From IMG/VR virus record IMGVR_UViG_3300045988_129598: 63,683 nt of DNA; one strand, written 5' to 3'. Positions within the stretch are counted from its first letter, which is position 1. Every line of letters begins with the position of its first letter. Of the stretch, positions 15,288 through 25,424 are shown piece by piece. Position numbers and translations under genes: made by a program. The notes beneath the pieces are model-generated. The model was given only the letters and a program-made list of their open reading frames with translations. It did no database searches and was not told the origin of the DNA. This DNA comes from a virus.

Positions 15288-16009
15288 TACAAACTACCTC
15301 CTCTATAATCGATGCTGAGCGTTCCACTTCCGGAAATCGTAATTCTGTTTTCTCCGCTTCCGAATGTGATGCCATAGATCTTATGCGTCCCCTTCTTGAT
15401 GGGAAACGTTGATCCATTAAACACCGCAGTCATATCCGAAGTCGCCGTAAAGATGGGCGAAATACGGGCTTGCTCACCAACGATTGTAAACGTATACGTG
15501 CCGTCGATTTGAAGGAGCTTGTAGTTCTGGATAATGCCCGTTTCGAAATTGAACGTATCCCATATCCATTCATCCAACGTTCCGATGACATTGTACTTGT
15601 ATGGATCAACGTCGTAGTTGATTACTATGGAAGAATGTTTTTCTGAAGACTTCCATGCATCAACTGAGAAACGCCCTTCGTAGAAATAGGTGGGGTCATC
15701 CGTAAGAATTGCCCGTAAGAACTGCCCATGCAGATAATTTGATATCTCGGAATAAACCGTAGCCCAGTTCTTCCAGTCCGGGTCAACCACAAATTCAAAG
15801 GAACCGTTTCGATTTTTAAAAAGAGGATACCCGGAAAGAATTTCTGAAATGTCGATTCCGCCATTCATTCCGGGTATGTCGATGAAGTTGGTCTTCACTT
15901 CTGGTGGATTAAAAACGGGGCGGGAAGCGGGAATAAGGTGCCAATCTTTCCAGCTATCCTTATTCCCGAAGATAACCGAGTGTTCTCCATCGTATTGACT
16001 TACGTACAT
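15287..16009 (-). CDS. distal tail protein (Dit)
   Basis: 240 aa between tape measure and Tal, with TGATG/TAATG coupled starts. This is the position typical of Dit. Confidence 0.6.
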   Translation of the reverse strand: MYVSQYDGEHSVIFGNKDSWKDWHLIPASRPVFNPPEVKTNFIDIPGMNGGIDISEILSGYPLFKNRNGSFEFVVDPDWKNWATVYSEISNYLHGQFLRAILTDDPTYFYEGRFSVDAWKSSEKHSSIVINYDVDPYKYNVIGTLDEWIWDTFNFETGIIQNYKLLQIDGTYTFTIVGEQARISPIFTATSDMTAVFNGSTFPIKKGTHKIYGITFGSGENRITISGSGTLSIDYRGGSL

Positions 16010-19000
16010 CAGTTACCCCTTCCTTTCATAATCGTTCTTTCTCCCAAAGTTTTGTCTATATCACCAGCGATTTGACCCACGAGCGCTCCACTGTCGAGTA
16101 CAACCTGCATCCTCGCAATTCTTTGGCCTAGTTCTTCGATCTGATTATTCACGTTGCCGATCGCGTTCACGATGGATGCATAGTCACTTCCATTTTGATT
16201 CGGAATGGACTGCTCGGTCCGATCGGCGAGTTGAACTGTACTGACGCCATTAAGCGTAATCACTCTGCCTCCGAAAAGGCTGTTGATTCCACCGATTCCG
16301 GACTGAATATTGCTTGCATCGAGCACAGGCGTGATCGTTGGCGCAAAACTCATATCTGAAGACATAACTTCGCTGACTTTGGCAACAATTCCCTTAGCGG
16401 TGTCAACGGCATTCTGACTAGACTCTCTTGCAGCATCGCTTACAAGACTGGCATAATGGTTCAAACCGTTAGCCATGCCCATATCCCAATACATGCCGAG
16501 TTCCGCGCCAATTCGAGAAGGACTGTTGATCGCCAAAGTTTGCCGTGAAGCTTTGACGGCAACGGAAGCAACGTATCTGGCAGCATTTGCCACACGCCAG
16601 TCTCCACTAAGAATGCCATTAGCCAACCCCATGTCAAGGTATTCGCCTGCCGAATGGAAATCCGTATAGTAGTTTCGCAGTTCGGTTGTCATGGAAGAAA
16701 CCAAAGAAGTAATTCCCGTTGTAATACTTGTCATGACGCTGGACGTAAAGATCCCATCTTTGAATTTCTTTCCGAGCGATTCGAGCGAATTGGAATCGAC
16801 CAGCGAAAGATCCTTCAAAGCGTTTGTAGCAGATCCGACGATTCCGGAATCGAACCCCGCGAGATCGTCAGAGAATAGTTTAAGCTTTTCGCCAATACCT
16901 CCGCCTTTACCGTCATGAAGACTATTTGCGAATGTTTGAAGCTGAAGTACGTTACCGGCAAGATTCAAGTTGGTGTCGGCGACGGCCAGCTTTTGCAGGA
17001 TTGTCGCCGCCTGGGAAGCAACTGTTGTGTTCTTTACGCCGTCGAGCGCTTTGCAGAAAGCCGCAAGGCCTGTTCCGAGCGGTTCAAGGTTATTGCCAAG
17101 ATCGGAGAGATTTTGATCGCCTGTAAACCATGCCAGAACGCCTCCATGATTGGTAAGTCCTCGATCAATAGCTGCAAAGATCGAAAGCGCATTTGCTGCG
17201 GATGTTACCTTTCCTGAATCGACATTCTTCGTTTTTTCGGAGAAATTGTAAAGTCCTTCGCCTATGGCATTAACACCAGTTGCAAAGCTGGTAAGCGAAG
17301 AATCGCCTGTGAAAAAGCCGAACAGGCTCCCATGATTGCGAAGCCCCCACTCAAGCGTGCTCAGCAACCGAAGTGAACCGATGGCGTTTGTTACCTTGTT
17401 CGAATCAATACCGCTTGTTTTTTCAGCAAAAGCAGCAAGACCGCCGCCGATATCGGCCACAGAAACTGAGAAGGTATCGAGACTAGAAATACCTGTAACG
17501 GTCTCGAAAATACCGCCATGATTCTTAAGCGTCGTCTCCAGTTCACTGAGCATTCCTAAAGACACGATGGCATTGTTCACGTCGTCTCGATTAACTCCGG
17601 ATGCGCTGTTACCGAAAGAAACCAACGCTCCTCCAAGTGAAACCAGTCGCGCAGAGAATATACTCATGGAGTTTTCTTCAGGCAAAGCACTGAGTCTTGT
17701 CGTCAGATTATCTGGAAGATTCTCTATAAGAGAAGACAGCAACGCGGTCGCGTTTTGAACTCGCGCATCGGCTTCCTTTCCGTTTAATCCGGAATCGGCG
17801 GAAGCAAAGAGTGTAAGCGCGCCGCCCAGATCGGTAATATAGCCGATAAAATCCTGAATATTGGCGAATTCTGTTGTGCTGACTTGTGTGAGAATATCAA
17901 GCAGGCTCTGGATCGCTTCAACCCTCGGTGCAATCGATTCGCTCGTCACGCCGTCTGAATTGGCGATAAACAAACCAAGTGCTGCGCCCATCTGGCTCAA
18001 ATTGCCGGAGAAGGTGATAAGCGCCGTGCCATCAGAAGCGGGAACGGACGCCACAAGGCTGAACAGCGTCTCAAATATCTGTTTTAGTTCGTCAACGCGA
18101 TCGCTGTCCACGCCGTCCATCGAACTCACAAATCCGGATATCATGCCGCCTGCCAATTCAAGAGCGCTGGAAAGTTGTACCAAGGCACTTGAGATGCTAT
18201 CGGACACCAAATCAAGAACCAGTCCAAAGACAGCCCCTAAAGCAAGAATAGCAGCTGATAGAAGTCCAATGGCTTTAAGGCCGGACGCGAACGGCATATT
18301 GGCTAGAATGGTCATAACGCCTGTAAGCGTCAGAGCGATAGCGGATAACCCTACACTGAATGCCGCAATGGTTTGCCATGGAACATCTTTGATATAATCA
18401 ATGCAGCCTGCAAAAACAACCATGACAGCAGCCATGGCAATAATTGCTGGAAGGGCTTTCTTCGGATCAGTTTTTTCTGTCAGCTTCAAGAATGCGCCCA
18501 AACTGAGCATGATGGCGACCAGACCGCCGACACCCTTTATAAGGGTCCCTGTATCAAGACTTCCGAGTATGGCAATAGACGCAACGAGAACAAGTATTCC
18601 GATGGCCAGGCCTTTGATATCGCCAGCAGATTTTTCGAGGTCGAGAGTTTTGACTGCGAACAAGAACGCTGCTATTCCGCCAAGAATGACCGCCATAAAT
18701 CCCATACCTTGCCAAATTTTTCTAGCATCTAAGTAGCCCAAAATGGCAATAGAGGCAGTCAACATCAAGATTCCCTTCGCGAGATTTTCGATCTCACCAG
18801 CAGATTTATCGAGACCGAGGGTTTTAACTGCAAATAAGAAACCCGTTATACCTCCAATAATGGCCGCCATAAATCCCATACCTTGCCAAATCTTTCCAGC
18901 ATCTAAGTAGCCTAAGATCAGAATCGATCCAGCCAGCATTAGAATGGCTTCACCGATGCCCTTAATCTGGTCACCAACCTTAGCGGTATCAGGGAACTTT

Positions 19001-22000
19001 TTACTCAAAACGCCAAACGCCGCAGCAATTCCGATCAAGGCAGCTGCAATCGCCGCTGTGACAATTCCTCCCTGTGCCAGAGCGCCAGCATCCATAGTGC
19101 CGATTAGGTAGATCGCTCCAGCAACCATCAGAATCGCTCCTGCCATCTTGAGGAAGGTGTCACCAATCGAATCGGCGTTCTCCATCTTCTTGGCCTGTGC
19201 GAGCTTCTTAAATCCCTTGGCTATGTTATCGGCTGCACTAGTCAAGCCAAGAATTGCTTTCGCCATCGTGATACCTTTATACAGACGCATGACGGTCAGC
19301 CCCGTATCGATTGCATAAGTGAATGCAGGTGTGACGTAATCAGCAATCTTCTGAAATATATTTGCGACAGCTTCGCCAAATCGTTTGATGTAATCCCCGA
19401 TAGTATCCAACGTGCTGGCTGCTTTTTCGAGTGCATCCCCCTCATTTTGAAGCTCGGCGGTATCCTCCTCAGCCAGGGCTTTCGGAAACAGCCAATCGAT
19501 AATCGGATCGAAGAGACCTTTTGTCGTTTCTGTTTCGGCAGGCTTGATAAGCTCGCTGATCGTAGTCTTTATGGTTTCGATGAAACCGAGAACGGACTCC
19601 TTAACGCGTGCAAATTCTTCAGACTGAGCGATAGAATCGATTCCGTCGGCGATTCCATTAAAAAGATTGGCAAAAAATATCTTGATTCGATCGAAATAGC
19701 TGCGTTTGCCATCCGCACCAGACACGGCATCCAGATCGTCTTGCCCTATAAAGATTCCTTCGATCCATGTAAAGATATCGAGAAAAGGCTGCAAACGCTT
19801 GAATAGCTTCTCTTTAAATCCGGAGACATCACTCGTATCAATCAGGAAGAATTGCTCTATAGCATCGACAAACTTTTTCGCAAATTCGCGAATTACCCCA
19901 ACGATTCCATATCCATCCGTGCTCTTGAGTTCTTCCCCAAACCCTTTAAGCCAAACCCATCCGGCAAAGATCTTCTCAACAAAAGCAGCGAATAGACTGG
20001 ATTCTTTGACAGCACTCCGAATCCCCTTAAAGCTTTCCCACAGGAATTGAATCGTGTCAGCCAGTCCCCGAATGATGGGCGTAAGGAATCCGACGACAGC
20101 ATCCATACCATTCTTAAATGTCTCACCCTGTTTGAGCGCTTCATCCTGCCCGACAATCCAATCTGCAATCTCTGCCAGAATATCAGTAAAGACGTCGGCA
20201 AGTGGCTTCATAGCTGGAATCAGCTTCGTTATGCCATACCCGATCGCCGAAAGAGCTTGTTTCACAACATCAACAACCGCCGCGAATCCTTGAACGATCT
20301 TCGTCAGCTTTTCGTAGATTGTTAAAGTCGAATATACGGACTCGCCAGCCTCTTCTGCTGCATCCCCGGTTTCTTTAAGCCCCTCGCCAGCCTCATCTGT
20401 TGCCTCTTTGGTTCCGCTAATCGCGGCTTCTACCGCATCCGCTGCATCCCAATAGGCATTCCATGCCGCCAAATATCCGGCGCTCCATTTTTTGCCGTCT
20501 GCCCAATCGCGTTTTTTGCCTTCCTGGAGTCGAGCTTGAGCGGTAGAATTCAACTTGTTATACGCGTCGTATTGCTTCTTAATCAGATCGACCGGAATTC
20601 CGAGCTTTGCAGCTTGATATTTCGCCCAGGTGTCGAAGTTACTTTTTCTACTCCATGCTCGAATAAGCGGAAGCGCAACGTCACTGTTTTTATCTGCCCA
20701 CTTTTTCATCCAATCGGGCATGGCGTCGTATATCTTTTTGGCTTCCTCGGCATCTGCCTCTGCTGCCCCTGATACGAGATTGGTTTCCGATACTCCGCTG
20801 TCGGCTCCGGTTATCGCGTCGATCGTTTCCTGAACCGTATCTTTGAAGCCCTCGATAAAACCGATTGCATTCTTGATTTGAAGCGTAAAGTTTTCAAATC
20901 TTCGGGTCAATTCGACCAATCGCTCTCCCGTCATGGGAGGAATAATTGATTTGAAAGCCTGGTCGGCAATATCGGCAATCGCAGAAATAACGTCATAAAG
21001 ATTCTGAAATGCGCTGAGCAGGCTGGATCGTCCGCCGTTTTCATACCAGAATTTCAAAATTTCGTTTCGGGCTTTGCCACCCGCAGCAAACACATCCCAG
21101 AGAATTTCGGTGACTTGCGTCCAAAGTTCAATGGACTCGTCCAAATTACCAAAAACGTACTTGAATGTTTGCATCCATTGACTGCTCACAGCATCCTTGG
21201 TGGCATCTAGAGAATCTTTAAATGACTTGGACTGTTGACCCGCCTCAAAAGATTTCTTACCTAGTTCATCGGTGCTGTCTGCCAGTCGATCCATGGCTTC
21301 GGAAGCTAAAATGCCCTCTGTCTGGCACATCTGGTATACTTCGTCCGTATAGTTGGAATATTTCTTTAAGGTTTCCAACATTACCTCAGTAGTAAACCAG
21401 CCTTTGTTCAATGTGTTCGCAAACGTACCTGTTGTCACGGCCAACTTTTTATCTTTGGTCATGACTTTTCCCTGCACGTCAGAAAGGGTTCCCAATGCTA
21501 CAGCAGTATCGATAGCTGTCTGCATGAACTCCTGTGTGTTCATGTTTGCATTTTGAATGCTTCGCCAGTCAAGCAGCTGCATTTTGCCAGCAGCAATGGC
21601 CTGACTCATATTGTACATAGCTCGTGCTGCGGTCGTTGCATTTTGACCCGAGACAGCCGCCCAGTTTGCAATGCCAATCATTGCGTCAATGGAGGTATCG
21701 AGTTCGACGCCTGCGTTTACAAATTTTGAAACGTTGTCCGTCATATCAGACAGATTATAGCTTGTCTCGTCTGAAAACCAGTTCATTTTGGAAAGCGCCT
21801 GATCGACTTCATTAGCCGTCTTGCCAGTTGCCGCCATGATGGTTTTGGTCGAAGTCATGATCGATTCATACTTCGAAAAACCTTCACTAATCTGGTCGAT
21901 GCTGAGGGATTTTGCAATGCTCGTCGCATAGGAGGTGATTTGGCTCGTCACCGTAGCCAGTGCGGAAGTCGCCATCGTTTCAAACGCATTGAATCCTCGT

Positions 22001-22236
22001 CCCGCCGTCTGCAAGGCCGTATCAAGGCTGGAAAGACTGACGCTTGAAAGATCATCAAATGCCTTACCTAGTTTCCGGGTACTCTCTGCGGAGTCATCCA
22101 GTTTCAAACTTTCCTTGAGATTCTTGAGCGACTTGGTACTCTGTTTAATGCCTCGCTCGAACTGATCATTTTGAAATTGCATCTCAACGACGCGTTCGTC
22201 GATTGCTCTGCTCAAGCCGAGATTACCTCCTTCCAT
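16009..22236 (-). CDS. tail tape measure protein
   Basis: 2075 aa with long helical regions, internal TM-hairpin repeats and position after the chaperones. The start may be TTG at 22215 (GGAGG 10 nt upstream). Confidence 0.9.
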   Translation of the reverse strand: MEGGNLGLSRAIDERVVEMQFQNDQFERGIKQSTKSLKNLKESLKLDDSAESTRKLGKAFDDLSSVSLSSLDTALQTAGRGFNAFETMATSALATVTSQITSYATSIAKSLSIDQISEGFSKYESIMTSTKTIMAATGKTANEVDQALSKMNWFSDETSYNLSDMTDNVSKFVNAGVELDTSIDAMIGIANWAAVSGQNATTAARAMYNMSQAIAAGKMQLLDWRSIQNANMNTQEFMQTAIDTAVALGTLSDVQGKVMTKDKKLAVTTGTFANTLNKGWFTTEVMLETLKKYSNYTDEVYQMCQTEGILASEAMDRLADSTDELGKKSFEAGQQSKSFKDSLDATKDAVSSQWMQTFKYVFGNLDESIELWTQVTEILWDVFAAGGKARNEILKFWYENGGRSSLLSAFQNLYDVISAIADIADQAFKSIIPPMTGERLVELTRRFENFTLQIKNAIGFIEGFKDTVQETIDAITGADSGVSETNLVSGAAEADAEEAKKIYDAMPDWMKKWADKNSDVALPLIRAWSRKSNFDTWAKYQAAKLGIPVDLIKKQYDAYNKLNSTAQARLQEGKKRDWADGKKWSAGYLAAWNAYWDAADAVEAAISGTKEATDEAGEGLKETGDAAEEAGESVYSTLTIYEKLTKIVQGFAAVVDVVKQALSAIGYGITKLIPAMKPLADVFTDILAEIADWIVGQDEALKQGETFKNGMDAVVGFLTPIIRGLADTIQFLWESFKGIRSAVKESSLFAAFVEKIFAGWVWLKGFGEELKSTDGYGIVGVIREFAKKFVDAIEQFFLIDTSDVSGFKEKLFKRLQPFLDIFTWIEGIFIGQDDLDAVSGADGKRSYFDRIKIFFANLFNGIADGIDSIAQSEEFARVKESVLGFIETIKTTISELIKPAETETTKGLFDPIIDWLFPKALAEEDTAELQNEGDALEKAASTLDTIGDYIKRFGEAVANIFQKIADYVTPAFTYAIDTGLTVMRLYKGITMAKAILGLTSAADNIAKGFKKLAQAKKMENADSIGDTFLKMAGAILMVAGAIYLIGTMDAGALAQGGIVTAAIAAALIGIAAAFGVLSKKFPDTAKVGDQIKGIGEAILMLAGSILILGYLDAGKIWQGMGFMAAIIGGITGFLFAVKTLGLDKSAGEIENLAKGILMLTASIAILGYLDARKIWQGMGFMAVILGGIAAFLFAVKTLDLEKSAGDIKGLAIGILVLVASIAILGSLDTGTLIKGVGGLVAIMLSLGAFLKLTEKTDPKKALPAIIAMAAVMVVFAGCIDYIKDVPWQTIAAFSVGLSAIALTLTGVMTILANMPFASGLKAIGLLSAAILALGAVFGLVLDLVSDSISSALVQLSSALELAGGMISGFVSSMDGVDSDRVDELKQIFETLFSLVASVPASDGTALITFSGNLSQMGAALGLFIANSDGVTSESIAPRVEAIQSLLDILTQVSTTEFANIQDFIGYITDLGGALTLFASADSGLNGKEADARVQNATALLSSLIENLPDNLTTRLSALPEENSMSIFSARLVSLGGALVSFGNSASGVNRDDVNNAIVSLGMLSELETTLKNHGGIFETVTGISSLDTFSVSVADIGGGLAAFAEKTSGIDSNKVTNAIGSLRLLSTLEWGLRNHGSLFGFFTGDSSLTSFATGVNAIGEGLYNFSEKTKNVDSGKVTSAANALSIFAAIDRGLTNHGGVLAWFTGDQNLSDLGNNLEPLGTGLAAFCKALDGVKNTTVASQAATILQKLAVADTNLNLAGNVLQLQTFANSLHDGKGGGIGEKLKLFSDDLAGFDSGIVGSATNALKDLSLVDSNSLESLGKKFKDGIFTSSVMTSITTGITSLVSSMTTELRNYYTDFHSAGEYLDMGLANGILSGDWRVANAARYVASVAVKASRQTLAINSPSRIGAELGMYWDMGMANGLNHYASLVSDAARESSQNAVDTAKGIVAKVSEVMSSDMSFAPTITPVLDASNIQSGIGGINSLFGGRVITLNGVSTVQLADRTEQSIPNQNGSDYASIVNAIGNVNNQIEELGQRIARMQVVLDSGALVGQIAGDIDKTLGERTIMKGRGN
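16950..17720 (-). repeat. about 62-aa coding repeats in tape measure
   Basis: Four or five units of the form NHGG..(F/W)(F/V)TG.SSL..F...IG.GL..F..K...(V/I)DS.KV..A. Confidence 0.7.
18540..19080 (-). repeat. 57-aa TM-hairpin repeats in tape measure
   Basis: GILMLTASIAILGYLDARKIWQGMGFMAVILGGIAAFLFAVKTLDLEKSAG and close copies. Nucleotide period is about 171. Confidence 0.8.
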
Positions 22237-22598
22237 GCGCTGTTCGCGATTTCATCAAAAACGGGTTTCAGCGCAGGATTGATGTAATCGATTCCCTTAA
22301 CGTATCCTCCGTTTCTGGTTCCGTGCCCATATTGCAGGATCACGGCGATGTTCACGTTCTTGTTGACGTTGCTGTTCTTCCAAGAAATAACGACGTTACC
22401 GGATTCCTCTCGAATTTCGTAGCTCCAGCTTTCGGATGTCTTTCCCGTATCTTTGGGCGTCGCATTCCGAAGAGCTTCTACGCCCTGTTCGCCATATTGG
22501 GCAAGTTTCTTCATCCAGACCCGCTTGGTCATAGCCTTGAGAAACTTATCCAAATGATCGAAATTGCCCTTATGTCGAATTTTGATTACGGTTGCCAC
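22212..22598 (-). CDS. HK97 gp10-like tail component
   Basis: NATPKDTGKTSESWSYEI matches the remembered gp10-family P-x-D-T-G motif. GTG start at 22598 avoids overlap with gene 22603..23142. Confidence 0.5.
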   Translation of the reverse strand: MATVIKIRHKGNFDHLDKFLKAMTKRVWMKKLAQYGEQGVEALRNATPKDTGKTSESWSYEIREESGNVVISWKNSNVNKNVNIAVILQYGHGTRNGGYVKGIDYINPALKPVFDEIANSAWKEVISA

Positions 22599-22602
22599 GT
22601 CA

Positions 22603-23142
22603 TCATCCTCTTGATCCGAAGCGCTTTTTATTCGCCGCATTGATGGATGCATTGCGTTTTGCAGCTTCTTTTTTGCTCATCTTTTTGGGCGGCTGGCTCT
22701 TAATTGCGCAGACATGAATTAACGTAAGCAGCCGATTGAGGTGCCACTTTTCGCATTCGAACGGAATGTTCAGCGCCGTCATCTGATAATATAAAATTTC
22801 AGCCGTAGTTTTTTTGGATTGCCGTCCTGTCTGCTTCTCCGGGCCGAATGTGGTAGCCGTCATCGGGTCATCGATGTAGGCATTTACCTGTTCGAGCATC
22901 TTCGTATCGATAGCCAGATAAACGAGAGGATCGACCTTTCCGATTGTCATGCAGCGAATATAATCGACACTTTCCTCATAGGTTTTGGGCGTCTTACTGA
23001 TGAAGGGTTTCTTCCATTTGCTCTCCCATTTTGAAAGAGAAATGAGCGAGTGCTCAAGCTGCAAGACCGTAGGCTTCACCGAAATGAACTCGCTCGTCGC
23101 TTCGTTGAAAAATTCCCTTCCGGGTATTGTCAGTTCAAGCAT
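22603..23142 (-). CDS. tail assembly chaperone-like protein
   Basis: 179 aa between the tail tube and tape measure genes, with its own RBS AAGGGTGA. Confidence 0.45.
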   Translation of the reverse strand: MLELTIPGREFFNEATSEFISVKPTVLQLEHSLISLSKWESKWKKPFISKTPKTYEESVDYIRCMTIGKVDPLVYLAIDTKMLEQVNAYIDDPMTATTFGPEKQTGRQSKKTTAEILYYQMTALNIPFECEKWHLNRLLTLIHVCAIKSQPPKKMSKKEAAKRNASINAANKKRFGSRG

Positions 23143-23154
23143 CTCGCGTCACCC

Positions 23155-23565
23155 TTACTTGAGAACAGCAGGCGGAACGGGAGAACCCTCGTTCTTCTGA
23201 ACCTGCGGCACAATCGCGTTGACGAAATCGATCTGCTTCTGCGGATCGGTAAAGAGCGACATCATGAAATCGCTATACACCTGCGTCTGGGCGAAATCTT
23301 CGGAAACCCTATGGCCGTCAATGACCTTGACAAACCGCTTACCATCCGCACTCTTAACGCCATACGCCTTTAGGATAATAGTTCTGAACATCTCTGCCAG
23401 CTTTACCTTATCCTTTTCAGCGACGATCTTTTCAAGCAGCTTCTGCATGCCGCCCTCGGTCGTCAGTTCCCATTCAAGCAGTTCTGCCTGCGTCAGATTA
23501 AAGCGGAGCTCTTCCTCGTGCTCGTTGCCGTCAAAATCGGTATACGTCATTTTTTCGCAATACAT
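23155..23565 (-). CDS. tail assembly chaperone
   Basis: ATG at 23565 follows TTGAAAGGAG. Acidic 136-aa protein immediately after the tail tube gene. Confidence 0.5.
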   Translation of the reverse strand: MYCEKMTYTDFDGNEHEEELRFNLTQAELLEWELTTEGGMQKLLEKIVAEKDKVKLAEMFRTIILKAYGVKSADGKRFVKVIDGHRVSEDFAQTQVYSDFMMSLFTDPQKQIDFVNAIVPQVQKNEGSPVPPAVLK

Positions 23566-23602
23566 AAAATTGGTCTCTCCTTTCAAATCGTGGCGTTAAG
23601 CC

Positions 23603-24268
23603 TTATACTTCCTTAAACATCTCCATGATCTCATTCGGAAGCGGCAGCTCCGGTTCGGTGCTTTCAGTGCCATAAAGCTTCTCAAGCAGGGTTGCCAGTG
23701 CGGTCTTACCCTTCTCGCTCAGCTTGGTCGTATCAATCGTAATCTTGGAGGTTGGTTTATGACCCGTGCAGGAAACCGGAGTTGTATCAAAATCCCAGTT
23801 CATCGTTCCAGCGTCCGGGCTATCGTTGATTGTGTCATGCGACTTCTCACTCGGAGAAACCGTCGCGTTGTACACCAGATGCAGCTTATATTCGTCGTCG
23901 TTTACGCCCAGTTCATCGCTGCCGATCATCGTTCGATAGCAGAGGGAGAACGGCTTGCGAATCTGCTGGCCGATATAGACACCCTTCGCCGAAGTATACG
24001 CGCCGTCGCATTCCTCAAATTCGGGCGGATACATATAGGCCTCGATCGAACCGCCATAGGTTTCAGCGCTTCGCATGGATGCATACTTGATGTCATCCGC
24101 ATAAATATCATTGGCTTCTGCGCCATCCGGGCTCTCCGTGATGTTTGAGATGCCGTTCCAGGCAACGCCGTTCGTCCACTTATTCTCGGCTTTCTTGTAC
24201 AACACGCAGTTGCGAACGCCAGCTTCAAAAAACCGCTGACCGTCAGCGTCAAAAACAATTTTGCTCAC
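23603..24268 (-). CDS. major tail (tube) protein
   Basis: 221 aa. The context FEAGVRNCVLYKK...GVAWNGISNITESPDGAE...IEAYMYPPEF and the gene position are typical of a tail tube protein. Confidence 0.65.
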   Translation of the reverse strand: MSKIVFDADGQRFFEAGVRNCVLYKKAENKWTNGVAWNGISNITESPDGAEANDIYADDIKYASMRSAETYGGSIEAYMYPPEFEECDGAYTSAKGVYIGQQIRKPFSLCYRTMIGSDELGVNDDEYKLHLVYNATVSPSEKSHDTINDSPDAGTMNWDFDTTPVSCTGHKPTSKITIDTTKLSEKGKTALATLLEKLYGTESTEPELPLPNEIMEMFKEV

Positions 24269-24329
24269 TATTATTCCTCCTTACAAAGGATATAAAAATA
24301 TCCGTAGAGGGTGTGCAGTCCCCTACGGA

Positions 24330-24635
24330 TCAGTAGTAGATGGTGAATGGATAATGGTTGAGGTTGTCTGCCGGATATGGCTTTTGAAACGCGCAAAATG
24401 GCAGCCTTCGGAGCTTATCCAGCAGAACCGTATCCGGATTGGTGTCGATCAGAATGCCGTCGTATCCTCTCCCTGTCAGATAAGCTTTGTCATCCGCATG
24501 CTGTACAGGCAGCTTTGCCAGCTCATAGATGATGCAAGGGTATTTCAGCTTAACCGATTCGGGCGGCTGAAAATAGACATTCTTTGACTCGAGAATCGTT
24601 TCGAAAATCCGATGAAGATCAACTCTCCGGCCCAT
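24330..24635 (-). CDS. head-tail joining / tail completion protein (hypothetical)
   Basis: ATG at 24635 follows GGAGGGG. 101 aa, positioned between the head-closure and tube genes. Confidence 0.45.
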   Translation of the reverse strand: MGRRVDLHRIFETILESKNVYFQPPESVKLKYPCIIYELAKLPVQHADDKAYLTGRGYDGILIDTNPDTVLLDKLRRLPFCAFQKPYPADNLNHYPFTIYY

Positions 24636-24948
24636 TGTATACCCCTCCAATCGTTAAAATCAGTCGGGGCGTCTTATCCTCAACATTCGTGACCTGCCAC
24701 TTCCGTCCACGCCACTGGACATATCGAATTTCGGAAAAGTGATCGTAGGCGTATCCATCGGCGACAATACTGATGGAATTGTTCACATTCAGATTGTCAT
24801 TCACCTGTCCGCTTACCGTCTCCCAACGACGGGTATTCCGAAGAACATCACCGTAGTAGCTTCGTTCAGTGATCTTCTCTACCCATACACCGGGGGAGTC
24901 CGTTTCTACAGTCTCAGCGTAGCCTACGATGCCATAGAATTTGTTCAT
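24619..24948 (-). CDS. head closure / head-tail adaptor
   Basis: ATG at 24948 overlaps the upstream stop (TGATG). C-terminal IRYVQWRGRKWQVTNVE resembles head-closure family ends. Confidence 0.5.
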   Translation of the reverse strand: MNKFYGIVGYAETVETDSPGVWVEKITERSYYGDVLRNTRRWETVSGQVNDNLNVNNSISIVADGYAYDHFSEIRYVQWRGRKWQVTNVEDKTPRLILTIGGVYNGPES

Positions 24949-25406
24949 CAGGAAGCCGTATAGAGCTCCTTGGTGTGGCATTCGACGACTTCAAGTAGAT
25001 CTTCTGCGCCATCCGTGGCAGTAACGGACTTTGCCTTACCATAGGTAATGACAATCGGGGAATGGCCATTTTTGTCGGCCTTAGTCAGGTCAAACGCCAT
25101 GTTCGTCGGCTTGTAGAAAGCGGGTGCATCTTCATTGTTCTCGCAGATCAGCATCGTACCGGAAATAAAATCGCCGTAGACTTCCTCAGCCGGGGCCGCC
25201 AGCTCCTGATAATTCGGCGTACCGGCAGACGGAGCCTTATACAGACCCTTGACCAGAATTACGGCGCTCTTCGTGTTGTCCTCAACGGCAGTATACACGG
25301 ACGCGCTGACGTACTTATGGACGAGATCACCGTAAATCTTGTGCTTGTCCATGCTGCCCGGAACGAGCTTGTTATACCATTCTGGATTCTTCGCAGTCAT
25401 AATCAT
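24948..25406 (-). CDS. hypothetical head protein (decoration?)
   Basis: 152-aa ORF directly after the capsid gene. RBS GGGAGG. Confidence 0.5.
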   Translation of the reverse strand: MIMTAKNPEWYNKLVPGSMDKHKIYGDLVHKYVSASVYTAVEDNTKSAVILVKGLYKAPSAGTPNYQELAAPAEEVYGDFISGTMLICENNEDAPAFYKPTNMAFDLTKADKNGHSPIVITYGKAKSVTATDGAEDLLEVVECHTKELYTAS

Positions 25407-25424
25407 TTACCTCCCATTTTGATT

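Noticed and set aside
23130-23170. A programmed -1 frameshift joining the two tail chaperone ORFs (G/GT type).
   Set aside because: The ORFs do not overlap. The first ends in TAA and the second has its own RBS (AAGGGTGA) and ATG. No slippery heptamer was seen.
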